Positions 38,651 to 51,000 of a stretch of 64,000 nt of DNA are shown piece by piece. This stretch comes from Amphiscolops sp. MND2022. Lineage: Eukaryota. Below the pieces are notes generated by a model. It worked only from the letters and a program-made list of their open reading frames with translations. It was not told the origin of the DNA and did not search any database. The translations under genes were made by a program, and so were the position numbers. The stretch covers positions 22,570,001 through 22,634,000 of the forward strand of contig OZ076409.1 of NCBI GenBank assembly GCA_964187785.1, in the 5' to 3' direction. Position 1 is the first letter of the stretch. The number at the start of each line of letters is the position of its first letter.

Positions 38651-40260
38651 CAACCTTTCAGGTTGGAAAAAAACGTAGCTATCATTGCTGACTTGTACGC
38701 AGAGCAGTATCATGAATAGATAACATCTGACATTTCAGAGAATCCTTCTTGCCAGAACAACTTCCCGAGGCAACGATTTAACTAGAATCTTCTAGACCGG
38801 TGCCTTCAGTCAATTTAGGTACCCGTTTGACTCAGAATCTGAACGAGAAATGACCGAACAGCCGATCCCGGAAACGGCCTCACCAATGGTTTTCACAGAG
38901 TTGCACAACTTGGAGCCCCTGTTCTCAGACTATGAAGAGAGTCTCCCTATTCCCACACGCAGCCTGGTACTTTCGTCATCGAGAACGTCCGCGTCATTGC
39001 TCTCCAACCCAGCGCTGAAAGATACTCTGAGCAATTTCCCTCTATTTAGCTGTCAGGATTGAAACCCAACGTAACAAGAGCCAAAAGTAGATGACGGATT
39101 TCAGGAGACAACAAAAAGTGAGTAACAAGCAATAGATCAAGATCGCGAGCCACCTCCAATGCAAGACAGAACTTCCGTCCAAAGAGGTCGACGAAGAGGT
39201 CGACCACCTGGCCGCAGAAGAGGAAGTACGAAATACGACGTTTTCTGACAGAACACGAACGACATCAAGCAGAACCTCCACTCGACTCCACAGAGGATCC
39301 AACAGGACTTACAGCAAACATCATTACCAGTGCAATCCTGCCAATTGAGAACCAAACGGGCTCCTCGATGTCGTATGCGGAACCTGCGGTTCCAGCAACT
39401 TTAGTTGCGTCAACTTAGTCGAGGAAGAAGCGCATGATCAGCGATTTACCCGGGGATCAGACTTGCATTCCCAACGCAAACTTTTAGCGAGATGTGTTAA
39501 GCATTTTGAACTCATGTGGTTCATCACATAGTAATAACAGTAGGAGAGACGTATTCAATCAATAAATCGGAAACAGTACCACCACTAGAAACAAACTTGG
39601 AAGCAACAAATGACACTTCACCCTCGGATTGTCCCACGCATCGTTTCAATATGGACATCACACGACAAGAGCGGGCACGAATTCACGTTAGCCGTAACCA
39701 TCTCACCACTCCCGCCATCAATGTTCGAAGAAGTCCAACATGAGGACGAGAAACTCGTAATGATACCATGCACAAATGCACACCAAATATGGAAACGATA
39801 CGGTAACGTATCCCCATCAGGAGACATCTACAGGCCAACAGATGGCTGGTGGCTGCTAGTCACCTCTTTAGATGAAACTGCGCCTGTAGCTGCAAGAACC
39901 CTCTACAGCAATCCTCCGCACACTAGTAAACTCACACAAAACCTTTTGCTTCGACCTAGTAGATATATTCCGTGGCAAATGTTTCAGTCAGCATTGGCTG
40001 CAATGGATAGCAAATGTCTTCTGCCTGGAAGCAAAATTCCGCATGTTAGACAAACAAACTTTCACATTTGAAACAGCCATAACAGTGCTTGAAGCACTCT
40101 CCGTCGTTCACGACTGGTCAACCACGAATATGGGGAACCGCCCGAAGCGTCGAACGGTGTTGCAAGATAGCCTAGCAATGTCGAGCACATAACACTGCCC
40201 ACGATTTCCGACGAGCAACTACGAAAATGGTTAATCACGCAGTGGAAAATCCCACCGAAC

Positions 40261-40630
40261 TACCTCCAGTGGACCCAATACGACAACACGGATATCCTAC
40301 AAGCACCCGTTATTGTAGTTTTATGTTGTCCTGCGAACCTTGACTCCCATGCAGTAATCACGTGTCACGTCATTAGAGAATACGGACACGAAGCGATTTT
40401 CAGACAACTGCCCGCTATTGGTAAAGCCTTGCATTTGCCTCGATCCCCAAAGGCACGCGCCATGGGACAACGACTTCGTTCTCTTGTTTACAAGAGCCTC
40501 TTACAAATATCTGCTACTGCATGATTTTCTCCATCTATATCTAGTTGGTTTAGCTAAAAGGCTCCCGAAGGGTAACATCAAATCATTACACTTTCCAATC
40601 CATGGCTCAGAAGATTGGAGAGCATACTAC
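40261..40630 (+). pseudogene. Macrodomain (TARG1/OARD1/Poa1p-like) remnant in the 3' accessory region of element D
   Basis: My translation across one frameshift: TDILQAPVIVVLCCPANL...VIREYGHEAIFRQLPAIGKALHL...FVLLFTR...DFLHLYL...GNIKSLHFPIHG..EDW. It follows the TARG1 motif order. Confidence 0.55.
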
Positions 40631-43600
40631 AAACCTGGTATTCTATGCTCGAAGAACACATCTTTGATGCAAGCGTCAAAATAGTATTTCACAAGCCTTT
40701 GTATCGATAGCGTAGATCACCACAAGAAGTAGTTAAGTGTAGTTAAGAGATTAGGGTTCCACCATAGCAACTCGCGATGCCTGCGGCAAACTTTTAATCC
40801 CAATTTTACCCAAATTGAGACTTGTCTTTCTATTCATCCAAAGTGAGTCGACCTAAATTATTTCAACTCTCTTTTCTGGTACTAGTCTATATGTTCGCAT
40901 GACTTTTTATGTAGTAGTCACCCATGAACGTAGCCTGCTTTTCAAATTCGTCCTGCTTCATTGCCCTTGCGTGGCACTCCAACAGATATCCCCCTTCATT
41001 ACCGTTTATCATATCAACAACAATACTGCAAGGTGCTACCCATTATCGTGGACCAATCAGCTCGTCATCGCATGCCTGCCCCGCCTCCAACAAGTCACAG
41101 AACGGCACCACAAACATCAAATAGTTGTCAACAACTGCCCGAACCTGGGCATCCGCCTTTATCAGCACCTGTAGGTGAGATAGACGGCAAGGTAAATCAA
41201 GTTGCCTTAGTCGAACGCACTCTGTGTAATGGCACCACTCCAACGCTTGTTGCACGGATAGCCATGTTAATTGCCCGAATGCAGACGCAAGCCGATCACC
41301 CCGATAGAGCGGCATAGACTCTCTCACCAGCACAGCTAGCTTTAAAGACGGAGTTTGGCAAGGATTTGAACTGACTCATAGTCTAGGAGATCCCCGCTCA
41401 CATGCGATTATTGGAGAGCCTGCTAGGCCCCCCCATTGATCAGTGGAGATCACGGACCATTGGCCGAAAACCTACGCGAGCCGAAACACCACACACTCAG
41501 CTTGCGGCAATTCTAGGGTTTTTTCCAACGCCTCCGCCACAAACAACACCAATTCACGTGTACTCAACCTACCAGACCGCCACGCGTGCTTACTCCACCT
41601 GCGCACGCTTCCACTGACATAAATTTGCTGGTACAATCCACACCCAATCTCATGCTTCCTTCTTTCTTTCAGGGGGAAGGGGTGCAGATGAATACTCAAA
41701 ATGCAGAGCTCACGCCAACATCAACAGAAACAGAGGAACACAAGCCAAGGACCGTAACGTATAAGAATTCCTAGAGGACCCTCAACTACAAGAACGACAA
41801 CGCTCAGAAAGTAAGGCGTTGAGAGCACATGTGGACTTTAGGGAAAAGATTGTCGCACCGAAGGGAGCAAGGGTTCCAACGGGTTCCAATTCCTCCATAA
41901 GACCAGCGAATCCCTCACCCACACACAACAGACGGAGGCTAGAAGAGGAAAATTTTTAGGAGAGTCATTATCGAAAGCAGAAGAACGGCTGGACATTACG
42001 GCAAGGGACGCTGCGCGTCTGCAACGAGAAGGCTGAGCTATGGACCAGGAGTTAAATGTGAAGCGGTTAAAGATGTGGAAGGAGACCCGGAAGCTGTCTA
42101 AATCCTGGACAAGGCAACGTAGGCGTACACTACTTTTGCCCAGTTAAGAAATCCTCTTCGCTTGCGGATCGTGTACCTCCATGGTTCGAAAGACTAATGA
42201 CCGAACTACACCGAGACAGAGATCCATACGTGAACGCTCTACCCTTCCCAGGTTTAAGCAGTTGAGACACCAAAGCGACAAAGCACGGCTTCTCTGTCAA
42301 CATGACCTCTAACGACCAAGTTATCTTATCAGGCAGTACCTGTTATTTGAGTCTGCCGTAGAAATGACGCCGACAGTCATGGCAGCAATCGAGTCAGAAC
42401 TTAATGAACTGACGAACACGGAGCAGCGTAGCTCACCTTCTGCAGAGGCGATACCAGACAGTGTCCAATCAACTGGTGCCCCAGGCAACCAATGAAGTGA
42501 TTGAATTGATGGAGTTGAAAGCTGATGTCAATCTAACCAATGAAACAAAGCTACTTTTAACGACCTCAAACGTGAAACCCAAGTGCAATTTTTGTTTACC
42601 GGTTCTACAAGAAAAATCTTGGTGCTACTGCAGTAAGTTATTATATAATTCGTTTTGTTACCTGCACGACAATTAACTACCACCTGGTAGGTGGGTCCCA
42701 GCTTGGTGTCCTCCTCTGTGAAACCAAAAGAGCGTAATTAAAAGCTTAGAACGCTAAATTTCTTGTAGTTGTTGCGAGTGCCACGTGAGTAACCAACCCA
42801 AGAAGAAGTTTTTTTCAGATTGAGTTGGCTGACGAATGTTAAATGTTAAACAAAACTGAGGTTTTAAAAGGATAGAAACACGGAAAATGACGTTGTCAAC
42901 CAATGACAAACCAAAAAGTTGTGCTTTCCCGTCAAGAGAACCCCTTTTTCACCAAGAATGAAAAGAATGCCAAAAGAGGATCATTGTGCCCTGAAGATGA
43001 GAAGCAATGCCAAATATATGGAACTGACTGAATTCAGACTGTGACGTTATTGGAGCTTGCCATTGGGTTATAACTGCTATTTTCGGGTATTTGGATGATC
43101 TTTGACCTGCTTGGTCCTTACTTCAGTCGTTATTCCCCAAACATAATGTAATTCAGCTAAACCCTGTTTTTGCACCTCAGAGTTATGTAGGAAGTAGTAG
43201 GAAGCTTAGGGATTGTTTTTACAGGCTTGTGGGACGCGTCCGGACTTTGAGTGTTCCGGCACGTCGCCACGGAACTCTCATTCGAGAAGTCTCCTGAGAC
43301 GTACGAAAATGTCCCCTAGGAGACCTTTAGGGACGAAAAGCTAGTTTTTAGGACACCTGTATGACTATGGTCTCCTGTCTAGGAACCCTAAGCACTGTCC
43401 CAGTTCTAAAATGTAGCTGCCAGCTTGCCGTTACAAAAGTTATCCCTAAAGTTGAAGTCGGACAAATGAAAAATATCGTATTCTGAGTCTGCTAGTTTAT
43501 ACAAACAAACGAGGCAAAAACAAAAAAAACAAACTCTTTTCGAACGACTGATCGACAAATGTTGTCAGGACCAACGCATTTTTAGTCGGCGCTTCATGAA

Positions 43601-44344
43601 GTGAAATGCGACTTTTATAGTGATTCGTTTTTTCAATCCACACAAACTAACCGAAATAGTTCCACAAAGTTTTACTAAGTTTTATGGTGTAAGAACTCAA
43701 CCAAAAAAGTTTTCCTTTTTCCTCGTAACATACAATATCGGGTGAGACTAAAGGGATCCCTTTTTAGTATTTTCGGCCTTGTGAGACTTTTTTCGATATA
43801 AAATTTTTCCCCAAAGGGTTCCCTTTTCAGTTTTTTTTTCGGAATTTTGAGACTTTTTCCGAAAACTTTTTTAATGACTTCAAAGGGCCCGCAGCAAGTT
43901 TTTTTGATGTTTTGCGACAAAAATATTGAGAAATTTGAAAACTGCGCTACTTGGGTACAACTTTCGAGTTTGTCGGGTACTGAAAGAAATACTTGACACT
44001 CAGAAGTACTTTTGCTATTTTTGACCCTTAGATATGGCGCCGACTTATGCCGTTCCCGGTTTTTCTACTTTGAACAGTGACATGCAAACGAAACAGCAGG
44101 TTTTCATTCATCTATTTCAACTGAACCAAAAAGGAATAAAGTAGGATGAGTTCGTTCGGTGGAATTTATGAAATGCAAGCAACAACGAACACGAAGACGC
44201 TCTAGCGGGGTTAGACGCAATCAAAGTTCAATGCAGAACCGATAAAAGGTGCTTGTTTTCTTCTGTGGCTTTCTCAGTTTATTAATCATTCAGTCATATA
44301 ATCAAAGGTTTATTTTACACTGAATTTATCAGGAACTGTCAGTC

Positions 44345-44948
44345 ATGGAAGAAACTCAAAAAGAGAACCATTTCGATCTTAATTCCAGTTTGGGCACAAT
44401 AAGGGGGTATGTTGTGGAAACTCCTAACGGCTCCAAAGTTGCCAAGTTTCTTGGGATCCCCTATGCTCAACAACCAGTGGGCAAACTCCGTTTCAAACCT
44501 CTGCAGCCCTTGATTCTTCCCCTTGGAACTCCCGAAACACCTTTCCAGGCTCTCAATGTTGGCAAATCCAGCATCCAACCTGTCGACATTCCCTTTGCAA
44601 CCACGTTACCCACGGGTGAAGACTGTATTCATCTCAATATCTTGGCCCCACTTGAAAACATCGGGACTCCTGATAAGGCGGTCTTTTTCCACATACACGG
44701 AGGTGGATTTTTCCAAAGTAGCGGAAGTGAGCCGATTTTTGACTTGGTCAGTTTTGTGGAACGTCATAAATGTGTAGCCGTGAGCATCAATTACAGGCTA
44801 GGGATACTTGGTTTTCTGAGCATGCCGCCACTGATTGAGGAGAATTTGGGGCTCAAAGACCAGCAAGTGGCTCTGCAATGGGTTCACGAGCATATAAGGA
44901 GCTTTGGCGGTGATCCCAACAAAATTACTCTGTTTGGTAATTCAGCAG
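44345..44948 (+). CDS. Host carboxylesterase/cholinesterase-family gene, exon ending at the catalytic Ser motif
   Basis: FLGIPYAQQPVGKLRF, EDCIHLNI, HIHGGGF, NYRLGILGFL, NLGLKDQ, FGGDPNKITLFGNSAG; phase-1 donor G|GTTAG at 44949. Confidence 0.93.
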
Positions 44949-45115
44949 GTTAGGTTTTACACTGCTATCTGATGAATCATGCAAAATAGGTTAATAAATC
45001 ATGCAGATAAGTTTACGAAGTTTCAAGAAATATCTAAATTTCATTCTGAATAATCAGTAACACCTTTAACTACGTTTTTCATAGCCCACCTGCGGTAATT
45101 TTTCAAATTGTATGT

Positions 45116-46907
45116 TGTCGCAGGCTGCCGCCTGTGACGGCACAAGGATTACAACGACATCCGCAGATCAGGAAACGGCACCAGGTACTCTACCAATTTT
45201 CTGAAACTGGAACTTTTAAACTATGATGCTAACGTTTTGTAACAAAACACTCTCTTGTATTTTTGTTAATTCAGTTACATTGATTAGTCTGTTAAAAGTA
45301 GTACAATTGGAGTAATCCAAATCAAGTTATTGTATGGTTAAAATTGTTGAGATAATTGCAAGTAATAGCGACTGTAAGGCAGTATAGGAAACGTGTTCAA
45401 GTGACGTACGGCGCTGTACCGGTAGCGTCACTTGAGCACGTTACCTCAGCCAATCATATCGCAGTATGCAATCTCGTTTGTTGATGCTATTTAATTAATG
45501 GCCGAGTAAGGCCAGTTGCCGCGCTTTTAATATTCTCTTTTAATATACTGGTCAAATGGCCGGTTTCGTCCCCTCTGTTCAAAGCTGAAATAAGGTGGTA
45601 ATTTAACATGAGACGAGTTATGTTTGTTGTATTTGTACTTTCGCAATAGCCAGATCTTTTCCTATAACTGATGCTTTGTCTTAATACTCAACCTCTTGCT
45701 AGGCCTTCAAGGCCATATTTCATTAGTGCTTGCCTATTAATTAGCCGGCTATTTCCGGCCACTGAAGTTGTTGCGTTCTTTTGAAAAGTAAAGTAGCACA
45801 TGTATTTGGGGCTAATCGGTTGATTATCGTGTATGATTGTTAACATGATAATTGGCCGTATTGGGCCTAATAACATGATGTGCTTCACATTGTTGCAGAG
45901 CTTACTTCAGGCCACGTGGTGGCACGTGCCTGAAAGGAATGTGTGTAATGTTGTTTACATTCCTGATGAGTGCTAGGTCCTTTGATGGACAGAAGATCCA
46001 TTTGATGCACTAGTAAATATTTTGATGCCGCCTTTGATAGATAAACAATTGTAATTCTAGAATGCTAGGAATTTCCCAATCGAGCCGGAAAACTGAAGAT
46101 TGCAGTGTATTTCCCGCTAAAATCCTTAGTCCCGTGCCCCGATTGGAATGTTTGAATTCTATTCGTGAATTCCTTTTGTAAAAGTCATACCTCAGAGAGT
46201 ATATATACGAGTTTCACTCCTGAGGGACACACAAGTGTCATACGTTTGTACCAAACAGTTGACTCTTATTTTCCGAAAATAATAATTCAATATTTACCTC
46301 GGACTTTCTATCTAAATGCCTACCACAAGGAAACAGAAGAAAGCAAGAAAATCAAGAGAAGCAGAAATGTTATCAAACATTGAGAACTTAGACATAATGC
46401 TCGGAGGAGATCATTTTAATAGGAATTAAAGAAGTAAAAGTTTAAATAGTAACCAGGCCAGAAGACCTGGAAGTCTTTTTGGTGACGAATTTGAAAATGA
46501 GGATGAAGATAGGTCGTCTATCGCTAGAAATGATGAACTCGGTCCAAATGCCGAATTAGGACAAAACTCAGTTAGAGGTAGTTCTAATGCCGAGATCAAC
46601 AGACTGTCGAGTGAATTAAATTCCCGTATATCGCGGGAGATGGATGAGATGATGAATAGTGTCAGTGTTCAGATCCAAAGAGCTATAAGTGAGGCTATAA
46701 GCAATCAAGTACTTCCCCAGATTCAAAATGCCCTTATGGCCGATTCCGGACATATGACCAAAGAGAGATGGAACGTTCCGTCTGAGAGACCGGAAGGATA
46801 TTCTGAAGTTCTGCGTAATTCAGACTCTAGAAACAATTTGAAGAGTAAGACACTTGGTGACCGTCAGAAGGACGGATTCACATTATCGGACACCCATGCT
46901 TACGACA
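45116..46907 (+). repeat. 5' LTR of element B
   Basis: Near-identical to 59471-61262. Confidence 0.97.
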
Positions 46908-48037
46908 TGGTGACAGGAGAAAACGAATCTCCACTTGAAGTTCCTGAGTTTCTCACAGGACGAATGCCATCCACTAGTCATCTCAACAGATCCTGTGATG
47001 ACCTTCCGCTGCTCGACACGACGATCCCAGCACAAGAACGACCCGCTCTGGCATCAGAACAGGACCCCATCAACAGGCTAGCAGATGTTTTGACTAGTAT
47101 GCAGAACCGCACAACGGCCCAACAACTCACTATCCGCCCAGTCAACTCCAACACAATGACATTCGACGGAAAAAGTGAGAAGTTTGAGCTGTTTGAGGAT
47201 TTATTCCATACGATGATCAAGATGCAGCCTGAGATGACCGAACAAATGAAAATCAATCACTTCCATTCCTTGCTGCGAAAGAATGCACTCCAAACATTCA
47301 GAAACATCAGCAACGCCAACAGACAAACTCTTGAGGATGTACTTGTCATTTTCAGACGAAAGTACGTCAAACCCGAATCTCAGGCAACTGCAAAACATAA
47401 ATGGCATCGCCTAGTCTTTGACCCTAACACGACCAAATTGCCAGACTTTCTTGAAGAGCTTAACCAAGGAGCAGAAAAAGCCTTCGGAGACAATGCCCAA
47501 AAAATGATCGACAGTCTCCTATACGCAAAACTGCCACCAAAGCTCAAAAGATCAGTCAACATGGCTAGACTAGAGAATGGCTCTTACGATGAAATTGTCG
47601 CTCATCTAGAACGAGAACTGGAACTGAATGCACTCGAAGAGTCTGACGACCTGCCTATAGCATCAATGACATCTTCGATTGGCAAGACAAAAACTGTTCC
47701 TTCCAATGTACAGATGAGTGATATAACGTGCAATTATTGCAAAGAAAAGGGCCATATGGTCAAAGATTGCGAGAAATTGAAGAAGAAAAAACAAAAAGAT
47801 GCCGAACAAGGCAAACAGACTCAGAAAAAGACGTACCCGGAGTGTGGCACTTGTGGTAAAAAGAACCACCCGGAAGAAAGATGTTGGCAAGGTGCTGGTG
47901 CACATCTCAAACCCAAACGCACCAGACCAGATGACGCCAATGACGGTAAACCCAACTCAAAGGCGCAGAAACCACAAAACAAATCAACACCTTCCAACTC
48001 ACAGACCTCATCTTCCAATGATGAGTCAAAAAACTAA
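46316..48037 (+). CDS. gag: gag of element B (573 codons from the ATG in the LTR; premature TAA at 46427-46429 in this copy)
   Basis: ATG 46316 is in frame with ORF 46640-48037; the 3' LTR has GAA at the stop position; knuckles CNYCKEKGHMVKDC and CGTCGKKNHPEERC. Confidence 0.92.
46908..46919 (+). promoter_or_regulatory. Primer-binding site of B (TGGTGACAGGAG, tRNA-Leu-like)
   Basis: Directly after the LTR-terminal CA; one mismatch to the familiar Leu-type PBS TGGTGTCAGGAG. Confidence 0.75.
48028..48034 (+). promoter_or_regulatory. -1 ribosomal frameshift slippery site A AAA AAC joining gag to pol
   Basis: X XXY YYZ heptamer immediately before the gag stop; the -1 frame is open from 48028 into pol. 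Confidence 0.8.
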
Positions 48038-51000
48038 CTTCGCCACGACTCCAATACAACCAACTAATATCTGTCCGACAATACATCAGATCGGACCCTC
48101 CAACGCAAATTTTTCACCAATACAATCAACAATTGATGGGCTATCCTTCTGTTGTCTGGCAGCAGCAGATGGAAAAAGCTACCATTATTACCTATAATAA
48201 TACCCATTTGTTCCAAAAACCAATTCCTGTATGGGACCCTGATTACACATCCGCTTTCAATAGCCGATTCAGGCCCATTCCCTTGGTAGACAACTACAAC
48301 CCTACCTACATAGATCCTGACTATGGACGAGATCCCTATTGGGATACCGAACTTTACAACCAGGATTTGTTACAATTCCAATACGTTATTGATGATATCG
48401 AACTCTATAACAGATCAGTCCATGACAATCCACCAATCACCCATAACAAGAAAACCAGAGCATTGATTGAAACATGGCAGATGAACGATGGTACAAGCCA
48501 TCCGGTGTTCCCAAACCCCTTAGGGATCGAGACCTCAGACAAACCAGAAGAAACAATACCACAGTCACTACTTGACGAAAGTCAGTTCCAAAACATCCTT
48601 ATTACCAGAGAAGGTGAACCAGACTGTATACCCCTGTCTACCAACATAAACTTGAAATGCAAGAAACGCATGCTATATTTCCCTATGGACTTTGGGGAAT
48701 TGACCATTGATGGACTTATCGACACTGGTGCCTTATCCAGTGCAATCCCCGAAATGGACCTCCGGAAAATTAGACTCCTTTCACCACAATCAGTTATCCG
48801 AGAAGGTCCGCCTCCGAACTTCCAAATCATGGTCGCTAATGGGCAACTGGAAACTCCTAAGAGTACCATAGAGCTGAAATTCGAAGTTGGTGACATTGAG
48901 TTCCACGAAATTTTCATAGTAATGGAACATCTGACAGGACCAATCATAGGACTAATGTTCCTCCAGCGAAATCATACAGTTCTGGACATGAGGCAAGGAA
49001 TACTGAACTTTCCGTTTTTTTCGATGCAGCTCAAAACAGCTGACCATAAATACTCAAATGTACTTGAACCAATTTTGAACCCTACCGAAATCACAATCCC
49101 GCCAAATGACAGAGTCCTAATTAGGACTAATTCCCTATTATACCCTGAAAACACGGTCACAGGGATCTTACAGCCAAGTGACCTTCTCCATGAAGAAGGT
49201 GACATCACATTCTGCCCAGCCTTGGTCACCTTGAACGACGGCAATATAATGATACCAGTGAATAACTTCACAGATCACCCTTATAAACTTAAAAAGGGAC
49301 TCCACATTGCTAGTTTCTCAGTCATGACGCCAGAACAAATGAAATACGTCAAACCGGTAGACCCGGCATCGACCTGGCATTTGTTGCAAAACGACGAAGA
49401 GCAAGCAGCCCATTACGTCAGTAGCCTGATCAAGACGAACAGAAATCCACAAAACTCCGAAAATTACTGGTTCCCAACTCCAGAAAACCCTGGAAATCCT
49501 GAGGAACACACACCCATACAAAAACGAATCCTACGTGAGTTACAGGCCTTACAGGACCTGGAGACACTCGACCCCACCACAGACGCAGAATCGCGTGCAA
49601 AATTCTTAGAAAACTTTGACTGGAAAGATTCCACCCTTACTCCTGAAGAGAAGGAGAAAATAGAAGAATTGTTAGTGGAATTCCACGACATCTTTGCACG
49701 ACACCGATTCGATATAGGCATGAACGAAGACTTCAAGGTGAAACTGACACCTAAAGACAATTCCCCAGCCTATAGTCAAAGTCTTCCAGCTCCTATCAAC
49801 TTGAAGGAGGACATCCTAGTCGAATTAGCCATGTTACACAAATATGGCATCATCACCACTCTACCGTTCTCAAAGTATGCAAGCCCAATATTCGCCCAAA
49901 AGAAACCAAACGGGAAACTACGACTTTTGGTTGACTTGAGAAAAATCAACAACCTCATCTCGGATGATTATATAAACAATAATCACCCTGTTAGCACTTT
50001 GGTTGATGCTGCCCAACACTTGGCAGGCAAAAAACTATTCTGTAAATTAGACTGTTCGCAGGCATACCATTGCCTACCAATGGCCGACCAACGTTCAATA
50101 GAAATGTTGGCTTTCAATTTTGCCACTCGCACATTCGCCTACAGACGTTTGGCACAAGGCCTTAGCCGGTCACTATCCGCATTCTCGAGTTTTATGAGAG
50201 AATACCTCGACAAAGTCATCAAAGCGGATCAGTGTGCCCAGTACGTGGACGATATAGGCATTGCAGCAAACGACGCTGACCACCTCATAGCTAACCTGAG
50301 AGCTACATTCAAATGCAATCAGGAAGCAGGCCTTAAATTGACAATGCACAAATGTCACTTTGGTGCCAAAGAAATTGATTTTCTCGGAAGAACTATTACC
50401 CCGCAAGGCGTCAAACCCCAGAAACAGAACGTGCAAAACTTTCTGGAAAAGACCAAATTCCCGAAGTCGAAAAAGGCTTTACAACGATATTTGGGATTCC
50501 TAAATTACTACAGGAATTATATCCCAAGACTCTCCGAACGCCTTGCTCCATTCTACAAGATGCTAAAAAGTGACGAAAAAGTCCTAGTATCGAAAGAATT
50601 AGTCCAACAATTCGAAGAAATCAATAAAGCACTAGACAAATGTTGCGACTTGGCCCTACAACAACCCATCCCGAACAAGCAAATTGCATTAATGACAGAT
50701 GCAAGTTTTGGCGCAGCAGGATACGCAGTACTGATAGAAGATGATCCGAACCAGAAATTTACTTCCCTTCGGAAATCCTATGCACCGGTGGCATATGCCT
50801 CTAAAACCTTCACCCCAGCCCAGATAAAGATGTCGATATATGCCAAAGAGTTTCTTGCAATTTATTTTGCATTCAAAGAATTTGGACATATATTCTGGGG
50901 TGCACCCAAACCGGTCATTATCCTCACAGACAACAAAGCTGTGACGAGATTTTTTCAAACAAAAATAATACCCCCAACCCTGTGGAATGCATGTGATTAT

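Larger units (their letters stand above)
30172..43703 (+). mobile_element. Element D: old, heavily mutated Ty3/Gypsy element (~13.5 kb; LTRs ~30172-31166 and ~42872-43703, the latter 5'-truncated)
   Basis: ~830-bp diverged direct repeats ending AACCA; TGG at 31169 as candidate PBS; candidate TSD AAAAA (low complexity, weak); gag/pol remnants. Confidence 0.8.
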
